64,000 nucleotides of DNA from an uncultured virus (IMG/VR IMGVR_UViG_3300037071_001584) (taxonomy: Duplodnaviria > Heunggongvirae > Uroviricota > Caudoviricetes > Crassvirales). The DNA is taken from positions 1 to 64,000 of IMG/VR virus record IMGVR_UViG_3300037071_001584. The stretch is one strand, 5' to 3'. The notes under the pieces were generated by a model that had not been told where the DNA came from, searched no databases, and saw only the letters and a program-made list of their open reading frames with translations. The position numbers and the translations under genes were made by a program. Positions 32,201 to 40,399 of this stretch are shown piece by piece. How positions within the stretch are numbered: the stretch's first letter is position 1; each line of letters opens with the position of its first letter.

Positions 32201-32379
32201 TCTTTATATCCTTCAACCCAATCTCCAAATTCTTCTACAAATGCAGATTGTTCACCAGGAACAACATCAAAATAAGCATAAGCTTCCTCAGCTTTAAACT
32301 CATTACTATAGATATGCTCTAATGTTTTAATCAATTTCGATTCAGAACCATTTGTTCTTGTGATCTTTTTACACGCCAT
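23239..32379 (-). CDS. Virion RNA polymerase (single-chain two-barrel, crAss-like) fused to SLOG and SF1 helicase domains
   Basis: YRIPNQ and GSDFDIDK (DFDID at 28300-28314); SGGAYGAD; GKAGTGKT, DEASM, GDRGQLPP, HKSQGST, YTALTRA. Confidence 0.9.
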   Translation of the reverse strand: MACKKITRTNGSESKLIKTLEHIYSNEFKAEEAYAYFDVVPGEQSAFVEEFGDWVEGYKEGDPSFSKRVYDNGEPKLFYSEESKKYYFISKNDEQIPYPIEKRGLRSVFDYKQMDRIVSRLALNYFKQSPNINFNNIEFEEGEKLPRLRDHVESEIKKKIASLQTEGPKGKFMSRSLGKSLDYLDEYVDRIDNFYKQISIKRVDNDEASDLQTISEEGKDPVFNKASFEQDSKNSLSNNIKLRLSLLENNEERDPVWNEPTFVPFNDVYSTLLNNISNQVALPGEDMFELQRTQIKKIAYKKEYLNQLIGFFNDKRFTESDKNQFAQAFNLHKQNFLVSEIRTKVVDTETSNVEKTFKLDVKEVSESGSKASIVESEWGNNFRLSFLKEDNSFKEGAKANLEGIISELDSLLNLVSKDMSEEEFTKYSNEYVALTRELGVELTKNGFINYLDDNGSKSFNIEHQKGKLTKSVQRTSYVLKKSLNYFKKAHKDFNNPFETQSIFKELAKAESFFLSEGSDASIWTSGKNKWLFSYPSYISTRILQWKKNPELLRNWYDQSAYNKGSELAKYLLALDINPKDEFGNKKVLKDGLKEERRKVSKERLDSLNLGVFNTFQEKDGDYVSASDISYNDYFNDNLNKVLSNSYVRTTTPADKTTDLQIRTGLFVDTTTIRNDEVSINDRTLRLFFNYFNSEFNRMKEANAEVDVAGENPENLRIHYHYKAGSDIYSKNGNAFNSQYFPELSFSEKSDNSAVNEIKSKLYNSDGSIKHTADLSTNPELRSEIEAYINDMLQGGIQETVFSLINQEVVEINKDGYSNKRIDKDVFKKYLENNFGDTTNAVTSAASDFYINGLIQNIEYSKLFTGDVAFYKNMVDYKKRIPGTYTDGLQLRLKEGEETFTAATINSIEIESPVFDKLVEMLGEDGAKPYKKINSADAQAWITPQRWRFLLERLGKWDNKTHNAVYEKMTSDTHPIYTKDELKIMAQPLKGVYFYMNGKTPTYLKYSQAVLTRGLVKNTGLEKLFNGMQEQGVDELITIDGFKVGSPTPTTIHNAKGEIDNVTFNKVSLSNYGWKLQQDLPIKTFKQTDVGSQIQKNIFAGLKFNAKQKGFYLDGKDVTGKEISDGISDIVKGLIGKGLEEVNKEFSIGKSGKINNVKGLYNALVKELEKRGGSKNIIDALNKQVTLYGMPQSIDKIISIYSSIMNDRLIKIKTNGGAFIQMSNFGISKENGDKGIIWSPVLNNGDTTFEPTIYVDEDTGKTKIRPGGILISGSFIAKYIPDYKKYKAEELFGYTDEDGNKVEGIIDDRILSNIVGYRIPNQGLSSNDALQIVGILPEENGDTIVAYTGITTKTGSDFDIDKMFIMMSNYTLSEGKLKYTEYNPELSNEEQSKEAVQNRLVELYKAVLTNPKVIKDVMKPVDIKFIENEIKDLVKADTSKPMFHFDAVSDIKLRYEFIGGKAGVGQEANALVDINRIGNLSLNKYYIGWGHSEVRNNIRETVFDKEFSEQLSPSDLEYYLKAMNGSEELANEISKVKIGDSLTAILNAFVDIAKDPYITRGNWTTSTTNIGNLLLRSGTHPLYVTAFMAQPIIKQYVQYQSSLESITSKNSGDTKTKFKRNLVLENLIKLQDEKGFPYGVVYQKMKADGILNDKALDKGVSEIKKVLGKKATFDEINPILDEIRDAHNEIFKEETVNITSKEYDLQFFREQITGKPDGPFQLAVYKKFLELQEVSKTMKENVDVSKLDTNGMGKNINSLYSIFNLKQYILGKEENDNYKALNGLQSKFDNTTLGHYFESLKEMMRIVQSNPSLFPQGQEKVQKMFNTISDDLYSMPATNEELTTDLEKNYYTYVMSNFNPFNLSEEESRDLLNNLPAKFDEFRKEYRGKYMILDELQIKRDGKVKIISLNNRKKSTSFEEKFTDSWRDLRLDHVQFAEDLIKYSFLTSGFRMNSNQFYTYIPHEYMINEGVNYFVPKFSRANQEDFIDKFYLNNTHKYKYVPLVFENEMVTRDKESGFIKKESGKSRFYVQLDDNHIYKLEGYDSENKGIYTRVNPLGKKLKGSVVIEYGDRFIKRPELSNKEEIDYLMNMVVTERENFNPNFELSEVDERIEEPGKPVEVKELAPVYRKVEDIKDSIVLKEPVLEVSSMSEITNHSGGAYGADTYFDIIGREFGVTEHKHYREGKNTGLSQKLKNSKVEATVLTDEQMETARIEVERLLGKKFPNTVQGNLQVRNYYQVANSDAVFAVAPLDINDKFNSTAVHGGTNTAVQLGIKLRKPVYVWDTKTEKWNRWNGKYFELHKPPILTKDFAGVGTRDIENYNTLDKSTNKWTPRQEYLGTKKEEAAKQAIRDLYKRTEEAIMDAADADVVPHELTEEEYEAVKREAGTNIKKIEPISEYPLEIGRFVDYNGVPYIVTQFNAIGTVQIYNPGMEGALAKLSVSKSKLTSRKEKGKFVTYLGSDYVVTPNNTIISLTNNKIMKWVDESSERRNILSLAEHGILATPKVDIITNPPYDSINNKQVFKPANEQQENAINVIQEFVKNGNPGEILVIEGKAGTGKTTIVQEAIAPFVNAGKKILIAALSHKAKLVLSEKLDNRYPGKIESGSIAGILGKTMDVETGEFTDSFSEDAKITKHDIIIIDEASMVNEEAIEMMMEMKRRSAKLVFLGDRGQLPPIRDLKNPYYHGWSKTDLDSISPVFDSENKASLTERVRQGEESPILPFADYYWDNSELETSQQDPVPDGVMKDTLSPKGNLVFVRSFGHIFEDVVDSFKRGILEQNPNVIKVVTYRNATRTAYNNDIRKAVFGEDVPQLIENDIIMFQDNFDVDSRTKVSNSDEFSIKGVRKTTYNGFQAYAVTVERGDGTNTDMSFPVLADESKVEFNERVAEMFAKAKQMPPGALRKQMYAQAWGLKKSFANIDYAYAITSHKSQGSTYDSVIVDIQDINSVGPLSAKSKSRSIYTALTRAKTTVIGISNKAETIEGNASRALNLTGEETTEQDYDKFIEDSWNKHSKAFQQADPTMTKESFMALSDDEKEKLIECYGK

Positions 32380-32391
32380 TTTTTATAGTTT

Positions 32392-32427
32392 ATGTAAATA
32401 TACAATTTTTTTATTTAATATGCAAAT
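32392..32427 (-). promoter_or_regulatory. Bipartite promoter-like motif upstream of the vRNAP gene
   Basis: ATTTGCATAT-N14-GTATATTTACAT; identical boxes and spacing at 51888-51923. Confidence 0.65.
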
Positions 32428-35400
32428 TAAAATCCACATATTTGTTTTATATCGTCAATAGACTTGTTATTTTTCTTAGCAACATCTATTAGCTCATTAA
32501 AAGTCTTATTAAGATTCTCTGAAGAGAAAGATTCATCAGAAGTGTATTTATCTAAAACGTTGAATTTGTCAGCAAGACTAAATATAACTTCTGCCTTAGT
32601 ATCATCATCAACTTTATTAAATAAAATTTCTAATTCATTGACATTAGTTTTAACATCTTGTTTACTATTAGGAGCTTCTTCTTTCTTTTTCTTGGCATTA
32701 AGCATATCTTGAAATAATTGACTAGTTCTAGCAACTTTACCTTCTTCATTAGACTCTACAGTAATCTCCTTCTTAACTTCCTCTTTAACTTTCTTAGCAA
32801 CAGGTTTGCTATTTTTAACGTCCTGATTAAGATATATATTACTATATCCTTGAAATGTAGGTTGATTAACTACAGCATTTGTTGTCAATAGTGGCATATT
32901 CTTATTTAGAAGGTATTCTACATATGCTGGGTTATTGAAAACAAACTGACCTGGAGCATCTCTAGTTATAAGAATGTTATGTCTCTTATATTGAACATAT
33001 CTCATTATAGCCTCTCTAGCTTCAGGAGAAGCTAACTCTTCTTTAGTTATAGACAATTTATGTTCAAATCCAGAACCATCTAATAAATGCATTGCTAATG
33101 AACCTAGAATTAAATTACCGTCAGGCATTAAATTAAAACCAGTTTTAGGATTTAAACTTTTATGATATATGATTAAGTCTAATAACCTAGAAAGACTTTC
33201 ATTCCTTTCATCACCTTTAGCAGTTCTTTTAACAAATCCTATCTCACCTTTCAAAGCTTCTTGTAATGAAGCACTAAGATCTGGATCTATTTCATCTAAT
33301 TGTTTAAAGAATTGTCCTACAGTTAAAGCTTGAAAACTAGTCTTCTTGCCTATAGACTGAGATACTTGACTTAAAGATTTAACAATCTCATATACAGCTT
33401 CAGCTTTCTCTTCATTTATTCTAGACACATTTAGCTTTAAAGGGAATGGAGTTCCATTGTTTTGATTGACCATAAGGAAAACTTCTCCCTTAGACTTTAT
33501 ACCAATATTAGTTTGCATAATATGATCTTTGTCTAATGTACTAACTAAGTTTCCTTCCCAGTTAACATAACCAGTATTCTTTTGAAAATATTCAATCTTC
33601 TGAGCTTTAGTCATACCATCAAATACCTGTAAATCAAGTACACTGTTCATTGGAACAGGACCATCCTCTTCTCTCTGAGTTATTTTAAGGACTCCAGGGA
33701 ACTGATCTATTACGTTTGATGATATACCATCAAAACCTTTATTTAATACAGCCTGAGCGATTATATTGCGTCTGAGAGGCATAGTTTGCTTCTCTAGTAT
33801 CTCTTGAGAATCAGGATGAGCTTGATTGTCTTCAGTTTTGTTTTCTATAAAAGAATGTACTTTTTTCTCTTTACCATCTTTCTTGTATGTAAACGTAACT
33901 CTAATAGGTAATTCATCTTCAAGTAACTTAATGTCGCTTGCTGTGGCAATACCAGAAACTAAATTATTAAATGCAGCTTCGACTTCTTTAGTAGTTGTCT
34001 TAATTACTTTACCAACATTATTAGGATCTGCTATAGAACTTACAAATGAGAAAGTTACTCCGTCACCAGATTTATCTCTAGGAGTTCTTTCATATTCAAC
34101 GAAAGATTCTAAATTAGGATATAAAGCTTTGCCAGTTTTTCTTTTTGTACTAATAACTTTAGCTCCAGCTTGAGGAGAATCTAAATCATCGTCAATTTCT
34201 TTCTCAGTTTTGTTAGCTCCAGTTTCAACTTCTTCATCTTCAACTTCATCTTCTCTAGTAGGTAATGATTCAGATTGATAATCTCCTTCTTCATCTTCAG
34301 TTACAGGAGGAACTACGATTTCTACAACTTCTTCAGGTTCGTCTATCTTTTGAGTTTCTTCTAGTTCTGTTTGAATGTTTTTCTCTACCTCTTTTTCTAC
34401 AGCCTCTTCTTCGTTTAATTGATCTTCTTTTTCTTTAATCTTCTGAGCTATAACAGGATTCTTGACTAGAGGATTAACCTTCCTATCTTTAAGATTCTGT
34501 ATATCTTCCCAAAACTCTCGTTCATTATTTAATGAATTAAGAGCTTGCTTATTAATTACAGCCTTATTTATCCTATTAAGTTTATCTTTAGTGTCTTTTA
34601 AATCAGATTTAGCTTCTTGTAAGTTTTTAGATGTTCTAAGAAACTCATCTCTAACATACTTATAATCTTCCATATTAGTACCAGGCTTAATCTTGCCTAA
34701 CATGTCTGCATATGTCTCAAGTATACCTTTAAGTACAGTTCTATATCCATCTAATGAATCTACAGCTTCTTCAAGTTCTTCAACTCTACGTTCTGTACCT
34801 AATTGATGTGTTAACAAAACTCCTAAGTCTTGACGATGATCTTTAAATAGATCTGAACTTTTATTTAAGTAATCTACAATATCCTGAATGGTTTCTAATT
34901 CAAGATTATTCACTTGATTATACCTGTCAAAGATATAGTTAATTTCTTTATTTAGTTGTTTAAGTTCACCTTCAAGGTCATTGATAGCTTTTTCATACCT
35001 AGAGATGTCTTTATTAACCTCTTCTAGCTGGTTTTCAGCCTCTCTAATGAGTTGTTTTAATATTTTGGCATTACGACCTCTAGGAGATTTATTCTCTTCT
35101 TGTAGAGCCTTAATTAAAGCCTTCTGAATTGATATAAGATTGTTTAACTCGTCTTGATGTTTAGATAAAGTCTCTTGAACTTCTTCAGCATGACTATAAT
35201 ATTCGTCTAATACATCTTCTAAAGTATCTTTAAAAGCTTCTTGCTCTTCAATTCTTCCTGACAATGTATCTTCTATATCATCTATTAAGTCATTAATTGC
35301 AGATGAAGTCATATTCAATGCTTTCAACTTATCTAAATTTGACTTTAAATTAGAAGTAGAATCATCATTTGATATACTTTTAGAAACTTGACTAACAACA

Positions 35401-37866
35401 TGTTCTTCTGTTGCTCTATCATAATCTTCATTAGATACATGAGCAGGAAGCATCAACATATTTAACTCATCTTTTGATTGAGCAGAATCAACATTGTCTA
35501 TAAACTCTTGAGCCTTAGCAACAGCTTCAGGTGAAGATGCATTTTCTTCAGCTTTCTCATGACCTATGAACTTATTAAAAGCTTCTTGAATATTGTCTCC
35601 ACCTTTCCAAATATCAGCAATATCTTTCTTATGTTTTTCAACTTCTAATTTTTTAGCTTGATAATCTTTATCTATATTTTTAATTAATTCATTTGATTCT
35701 AAGGCTTCTTTTGTTTTAGTAGCTCTTTCTTCTAATTTTTCATCAGTTACTAATCCTGGTTTCATTTTACTAGTAGGGAATTCAGAAGTAGGATCATATA
35801 ATTCATCTACTCCAGCTTCATCATAAGCTTTTCTTCTTTTATCTTCTAGTTTTTTTAAGTCATTTTCAGCGTTTCTAAGGGCATATTTTGAGTTAAGGTA
35901 ACTTGCACTAAGTCTTTCAAAGAATTGTTCCTTATGCGCCTCCGTACCATCTCTATTGTCAAGTCTAATGACGTCTCTACTAAAGTCTTGAAACCTTTCT
36001 TTTTGAGACTGTAACCATTTAGCGCTTTCTAATGTTTCTTTAACAAAGTTTTTAGAGTTATCTTTAGAGTCAGACTTAGCATCTCTTTCTACAATTTCAT
36101 TGAATTGAGCATCTTGATTAAGCTTTTGTTCTAACGCTTTTAAGCCAGCCTCTCCATTATGAATAGCTGGCATTATTAAATTAAATATTGCTTGTCTCTT
36201 AATTTGATCAACAACTTCTGTATTGCCAGATTGAACAGCTAAATCGAAAAGTGCAGATTGTCTCTCTGTAAAGTTTAAATTCTTGGCAACTCTTCTTACT
36301 TCTTTGTTGTCTAAAATTCTTTCAGTAGTTTCTTCACCATTTTCATCTAACTTGTATTCAAAAGAACCGTCTTCTTTCTTTTTGTATATGTTATTTTCAA
36401 ATGTAGTGTTGAAATTTAATATCTCACTATCTATGTTATCAAGAATTGCATTAGTTCTTTTTCTATTTTTAACATCTTCTTTTCTTCCTTGATAAGACAT
36501 CATTGGTCCTCCAAGAACTCCTCCTAAGAATATAGCTTTCTGTCCTTCTACTGTAGATAAAGTATTGGCATACTCTTTAGTAAACTCTCCAATTAAGTCA
36601 AATGAATTAGCATCTTTCTTTCCCAATTCACCTCTCATTGCTTTGTTTACAAACATATTCTCTACAGTGGTTTGAGAACCTTCTTCCCACAAACCTTCAG
36701 ATACTCCTGCTTCTCCCCATCTTAGAGCAGCTTTACCAGCTCTTTTTGCAATACCTTTAATTCCTACTTCAGCAGTTTTTTCAAACTTCTCTGCAGCTTT
36801 ACCCCATATGGCCTTATGCATTATAGCATTAGGCCCTAACAAGATAGCGACGTTAGATACAAATGTGTCTCGCATTGCTAAAGCACGTTGAGCGCTAAAA
36901 GCTTTTTCTGCCTCTTCACCTATATTTTGAGATAATTCATTATATTGGTCTATGCTTATTTGACCTGATCTTCTTTGTTGATCAAGCTCTGTCATTCTTT
37001 TTTTATTGTATGTTTCTACAAATTGTGGCTTTTTAGCATCTAAATCATCACCAACACCTTTAGCCTCAGCTCCTGCTTCTAATAATGTATTTCCTGTTAC
37101 AGATAATGCTGTGTCTATATTTCTACCAGTCATTCCCATAAGCTTAGCAACTTGTGTGCCTTCTTCAGCTTTACCTGCCATATTAGTTAACCATCCTAAT
37201 TTCTTAGAATTAGCTGCAGATTCAACAAGTTTACTTCCTAAGCCTAACTTTTCAAATGCCATTCCAGGGGCCATCATTCCTACAAGAAATCCAAGTCCAT
37301 CAGCACCATCAGTTGCCCAAAAAGCTGTGGAAGATATATTGTCCCAAAGGTTACCTTCTTTCATTGCTTTAGACGCATAAACAGGAAGTAAATCTTCATT
37401 TACATTCTTGTTTAATTTATCTACACTTTTAACCCATTCATTATTAAATATAGTGTCAAAACCTTCACCATCTTCAGCAAAAGGAGCTGCAATAGCACCA
37501 GCAATTACTCCAGGAATTTTAGCAACCTCAGCTGCAGCTTTAGCTACTGCTCTTGTAGGAAGTTTACCTAATTGCTCCCATCCAGATTGGTTCTCAGCTC
37601 GTATATCTTCATATGGATCTTCAGCGTTTAAATTAGCGAATTGATCAAGTAATGGATTTGTGCCAGGAGTTACTTCATCTTGATTAGACGAATTAATATT
37701 AACACTATGTCTTTCTGTATCAAAAGCATTAGAAGTAGCTGTTCTTAGTTTGCCTTTTTGAGATGACCATTGTTTATACGCATTTGTATTAGCAAGACTA
37801 TCTAAAAACTTATCATCATAACTACTTGCTGTCTTCTTTCCTTTAGGCGGATCTATTTCACTCATC
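32427..37866 (-). CDS. Giant virion/ejection protein with coiled coils and N-terminal hydrophobic helices
   Basis: About 1812 aa from the likely start MSEIDPPK (ORF track starts at 37895), Gly/Ala-rich hydrophobic segments, long coiled-coil region. Confidence 0.75.
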
Positions 37867-39846
37867 TTATTTCTTTTTAGCTTGATTCTTGGCAATTCGT
37901 ATCATCAATGCTTCTCTTGCATCTGAATCTACTTCTGCTCTTTGAACTAATTCTTTAGTTGGAATATTAGCGTATTGATTTTCTATTAATGCATTAGAAA
38001 CTTCTGATCCTTGAAAATTACCAGTAACTTCATTTCTACCTCCCTTATCTTTCCAGAAATCAGCTATAGCTCCAGATAAAGATTTATATCCAGCTGCTGA
38101 TCCTGCATCAAAAGAGTTAGAGAATTTTTTAAGTCTAAATGTTACAGTAACAGGTTTCTCTGCTCCTCCATATTGATCGTCTTCTCCTTGAATTCCTTTT
38201 AAATCATAATCACTAGCACCTTTTCCAGTGTTAAATGTCATTGTAATCTCAGGAGTTTTACTATCTCCATATGTTTTAATATTGTTTATTTTAAATGATT
38301 TTGGATCACCATTTTTCAACAACTCTTGTATGTTAGAAACATCTTTACTATTAACATCTTTTCTATTACCACTAGGAGTTGAAATACTTGTTAAATCTAA
38401 TACGTTTCCTAAACTAGGAATACCTCTTAATGTATTATAAACACCTTCATTATGTAAATTCCAAATACTTTCCTCTTTAGGATTAGTTGGCATATATGAA
38501 TAGTTATGTCTAGTTGAAGAAGATTCTTTCCAAGCAGCATTTTTTATTTCAGTATATTGACCATCTATTTGCCTAAGATCATTTCTTAATTTAGCTGTTT
38601 TAATTCTTGAACTCTTACCATTAAAGGTTGGAGCATTATATTCTATTTCAGCTAAATAATCATTATCACTCATTCCAGGTTTTCTTGGAACTTTGAATTC
38701 TTCTCCAAGTTTTTTAGCTTCTTCTTGTATTTTCTTTCTCTTCATATTAAGAGCAACATATTCTTTATTCTGATTTAATTTAGAATCTGCATTTCTTCTT
38801 AATTCATTTAAGTCTTCTAATTTAGCGGCATCTGCTGCACTAAGAGCTCCTTTTGATCCAGAAAGTCTTTTGATTTCAGTAAGAGCATCTGTGTAAGTTT
38901 TGTTGTCTACAGCATTACTTTGTAATGTACTATCATTACTTATAATGGTTCCACTTCCAAAACCTTCTTCTGCTTTAGGATTTAAGGACTCTGGTATGCT
39001 AAAATTTTCTCCTCTAGTGTCTTCGCTTCCTGTAGATACCATAGAACCAAATTTACCTTTAGCTTGATTTTGTAAGTTTTGTAAATCTAGTCCAGCATGT
39101 TCTGCCCACTTACGTCCTTCTCCTTCTTTTTCAAACCATCTGGCATTAAATGCCTTAATAGCGTCATTAACTTGAGGAACATTAGTTGAAGTTGTAAGAT
39201 TACCTTTTCTATCAGCAAACATCATTTTACCTGTAGTAGGGTCTTGGAACACTCTATACCCGCTATTAGCTAATGCTGTAGAGTTATGTCCTAAGATAGA
39301 CTTAGCTTCCAATATATCTTTATCAAAGTCTTGCTTAGCAGGTGCTCCGTAAGCTCCTATATTAGATATTTTGTTATTACTATCAAATCCTGTATAGTTA
39401 TCTTTAGCATATTTAGCCCAATTCTCTTCAGCTCTAGCTTTACCTATTCCAGATTTATCTACAGCATCTTTAATATAAGCTTCTTTTTCTTTTGCATAAA
39501 TTTCTTTAGCTGTATTAATTCTACCAATCTCTCCAGTAGGAGAAACTAAATCTTGTATTTCTCTATTTAGTCCTAAGGTCTTGCCTATCATATCAGGATT
39601 AACTCCTTGAGAAGCAAGTTCTGCAGCAGTGGCGTCCATTTTACCTTCAATACCTTTCTTTAACTCAAGAGCTCTTTGATAATGAACGTCTAACGGATCT
39701 ACCTTAGCTAATCCACTACGTATTGCTTCTTGCTGAGCTATTACAGCATCATGCTGCTTCCGCTTCATGGCAGGAAGCATGGCTATTTCTTCCAAAGTTA
39801 GAGGAGTGTATGCGCTAGGCGATAAATTTGTGTAACGGTTAGCCAT
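37867..39846 (-). CDS. Virion cargo/ejection protein
   Basis: 659 aa, no Cys, located between the cargo gene and the giant-protein genes. Confidence 0.6.
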   Translation of the reverse strand: MANRYTNLSPSAYTPLTLEEIAMLPAMKRKQHDAVIAQQEAIRSGLAKVDPLDVHYQRALELKKGIEGKMDATAAELASQGVNPDMIGKTLGLNREIQDLVSPTGEIGRINTAKEIYAKEKEAYIKDAVDKSGIGKARAEENWAKYAKDNYTGFDSNNKISNIGAYGAPAKQDFDKDILEAKSILGHNSTALANSGYRVFQDPTTGKMMFADRKGNLTTSTNVPQVNDAIKAFNARWFEKEGEGRKWAEHAGLDLQNLQNQAKGKFGSMVSTGSEDTRGENFSIPESLNPKAEEGFGSGTIISNDSTLQSNAVDNKTYTDALTEIKRLSGSKGALSAADAAKLEDLNELRRNADSKLNQNKEYVALNMKRKKIQEEAKKLGEEFKVPRKPGMSDNDYLAEIEYNAPTFNGKSSRIKTAKLRNDLRQIDGQYTEIKNAAWKESSSTRHNYSYMPTNPKEESIWNLHNEGVYNTLRGIPSLGNVLDLTSISTPSGNRKDVNSKDVSNIQELLKNGDPKSFKINNIKTYGDSKTPEITMTFNTGKGASDYDLKGIQGEDDQYGGAEKPVTVTFRLKKFSNSFDAGSAAGYKSLSGAIADFWKDKGGRNEVTGNFQGSEVSNALIENQYANIPTKELVQRAEVDSDAREALMIRIAKNQAKKK

Positions 39847-40399
39847 TTGTTAAAAATTTAAAAGTTGTTTTATTAATTGTTTGCCCTCTTAAATATTGAC
39901 TTAATGTAATCATTACAAAGCCATTTTCATTTGCACAATCTGCAATCGAGTCCCAAATTTTCCCAGTCTCAGTGCAAATAACTTTTTTAGCCATTCCACT
40001 ATTTTTTTTAAGATTTTCTTTATGATATTCAGAATGTTTTATTCCTTTATTCCATGAAGGTTTTCCTAATTTATTTTTTGACATTTTCTTTTTAGATTTA
40101 TCTGAATGTTTTAATCCAAAAGAACCTTCTCCTCCTAATGTTATATTACATAAAGTTCCGGTTCTAGAAGTTTTTCTTCCATAATAATCAATTAAAATAA
40201 TCTCTAATTCTTTAGCATCTTCTAATTCCATATCTTTTTTCAATATTTCAACTAAATAATCAGGATATTTTTTAATTGTTTTAGACCAAATATCATTTCT
40301 ATGTCTTCTTTCATATGGTCTTTTTATATTACCTATGCCTATATAAAAGACTTCTCCATTTGGTTTTATATGTCTATATATGCAATATCTATTTGCCAT
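39839..40399 (-). mobile_element. Free-standing GIY-YIG-like homing endonuclease with NUMOD-type C-terminus
   Basis: CIYRH...FYIGIG...R, NITLGGEG, HSDKSKKKMS, WNKG, KKVICTETG. Confidence 0.8.

Noticed and set aside
23239..32379. Intein explaining the large size of the vRNAP
   Set aside because: No internal Cys, and no intein splice-junction or LAGLIDADG pattern was noticed; the extra length is explained by SLOG and helicase domains
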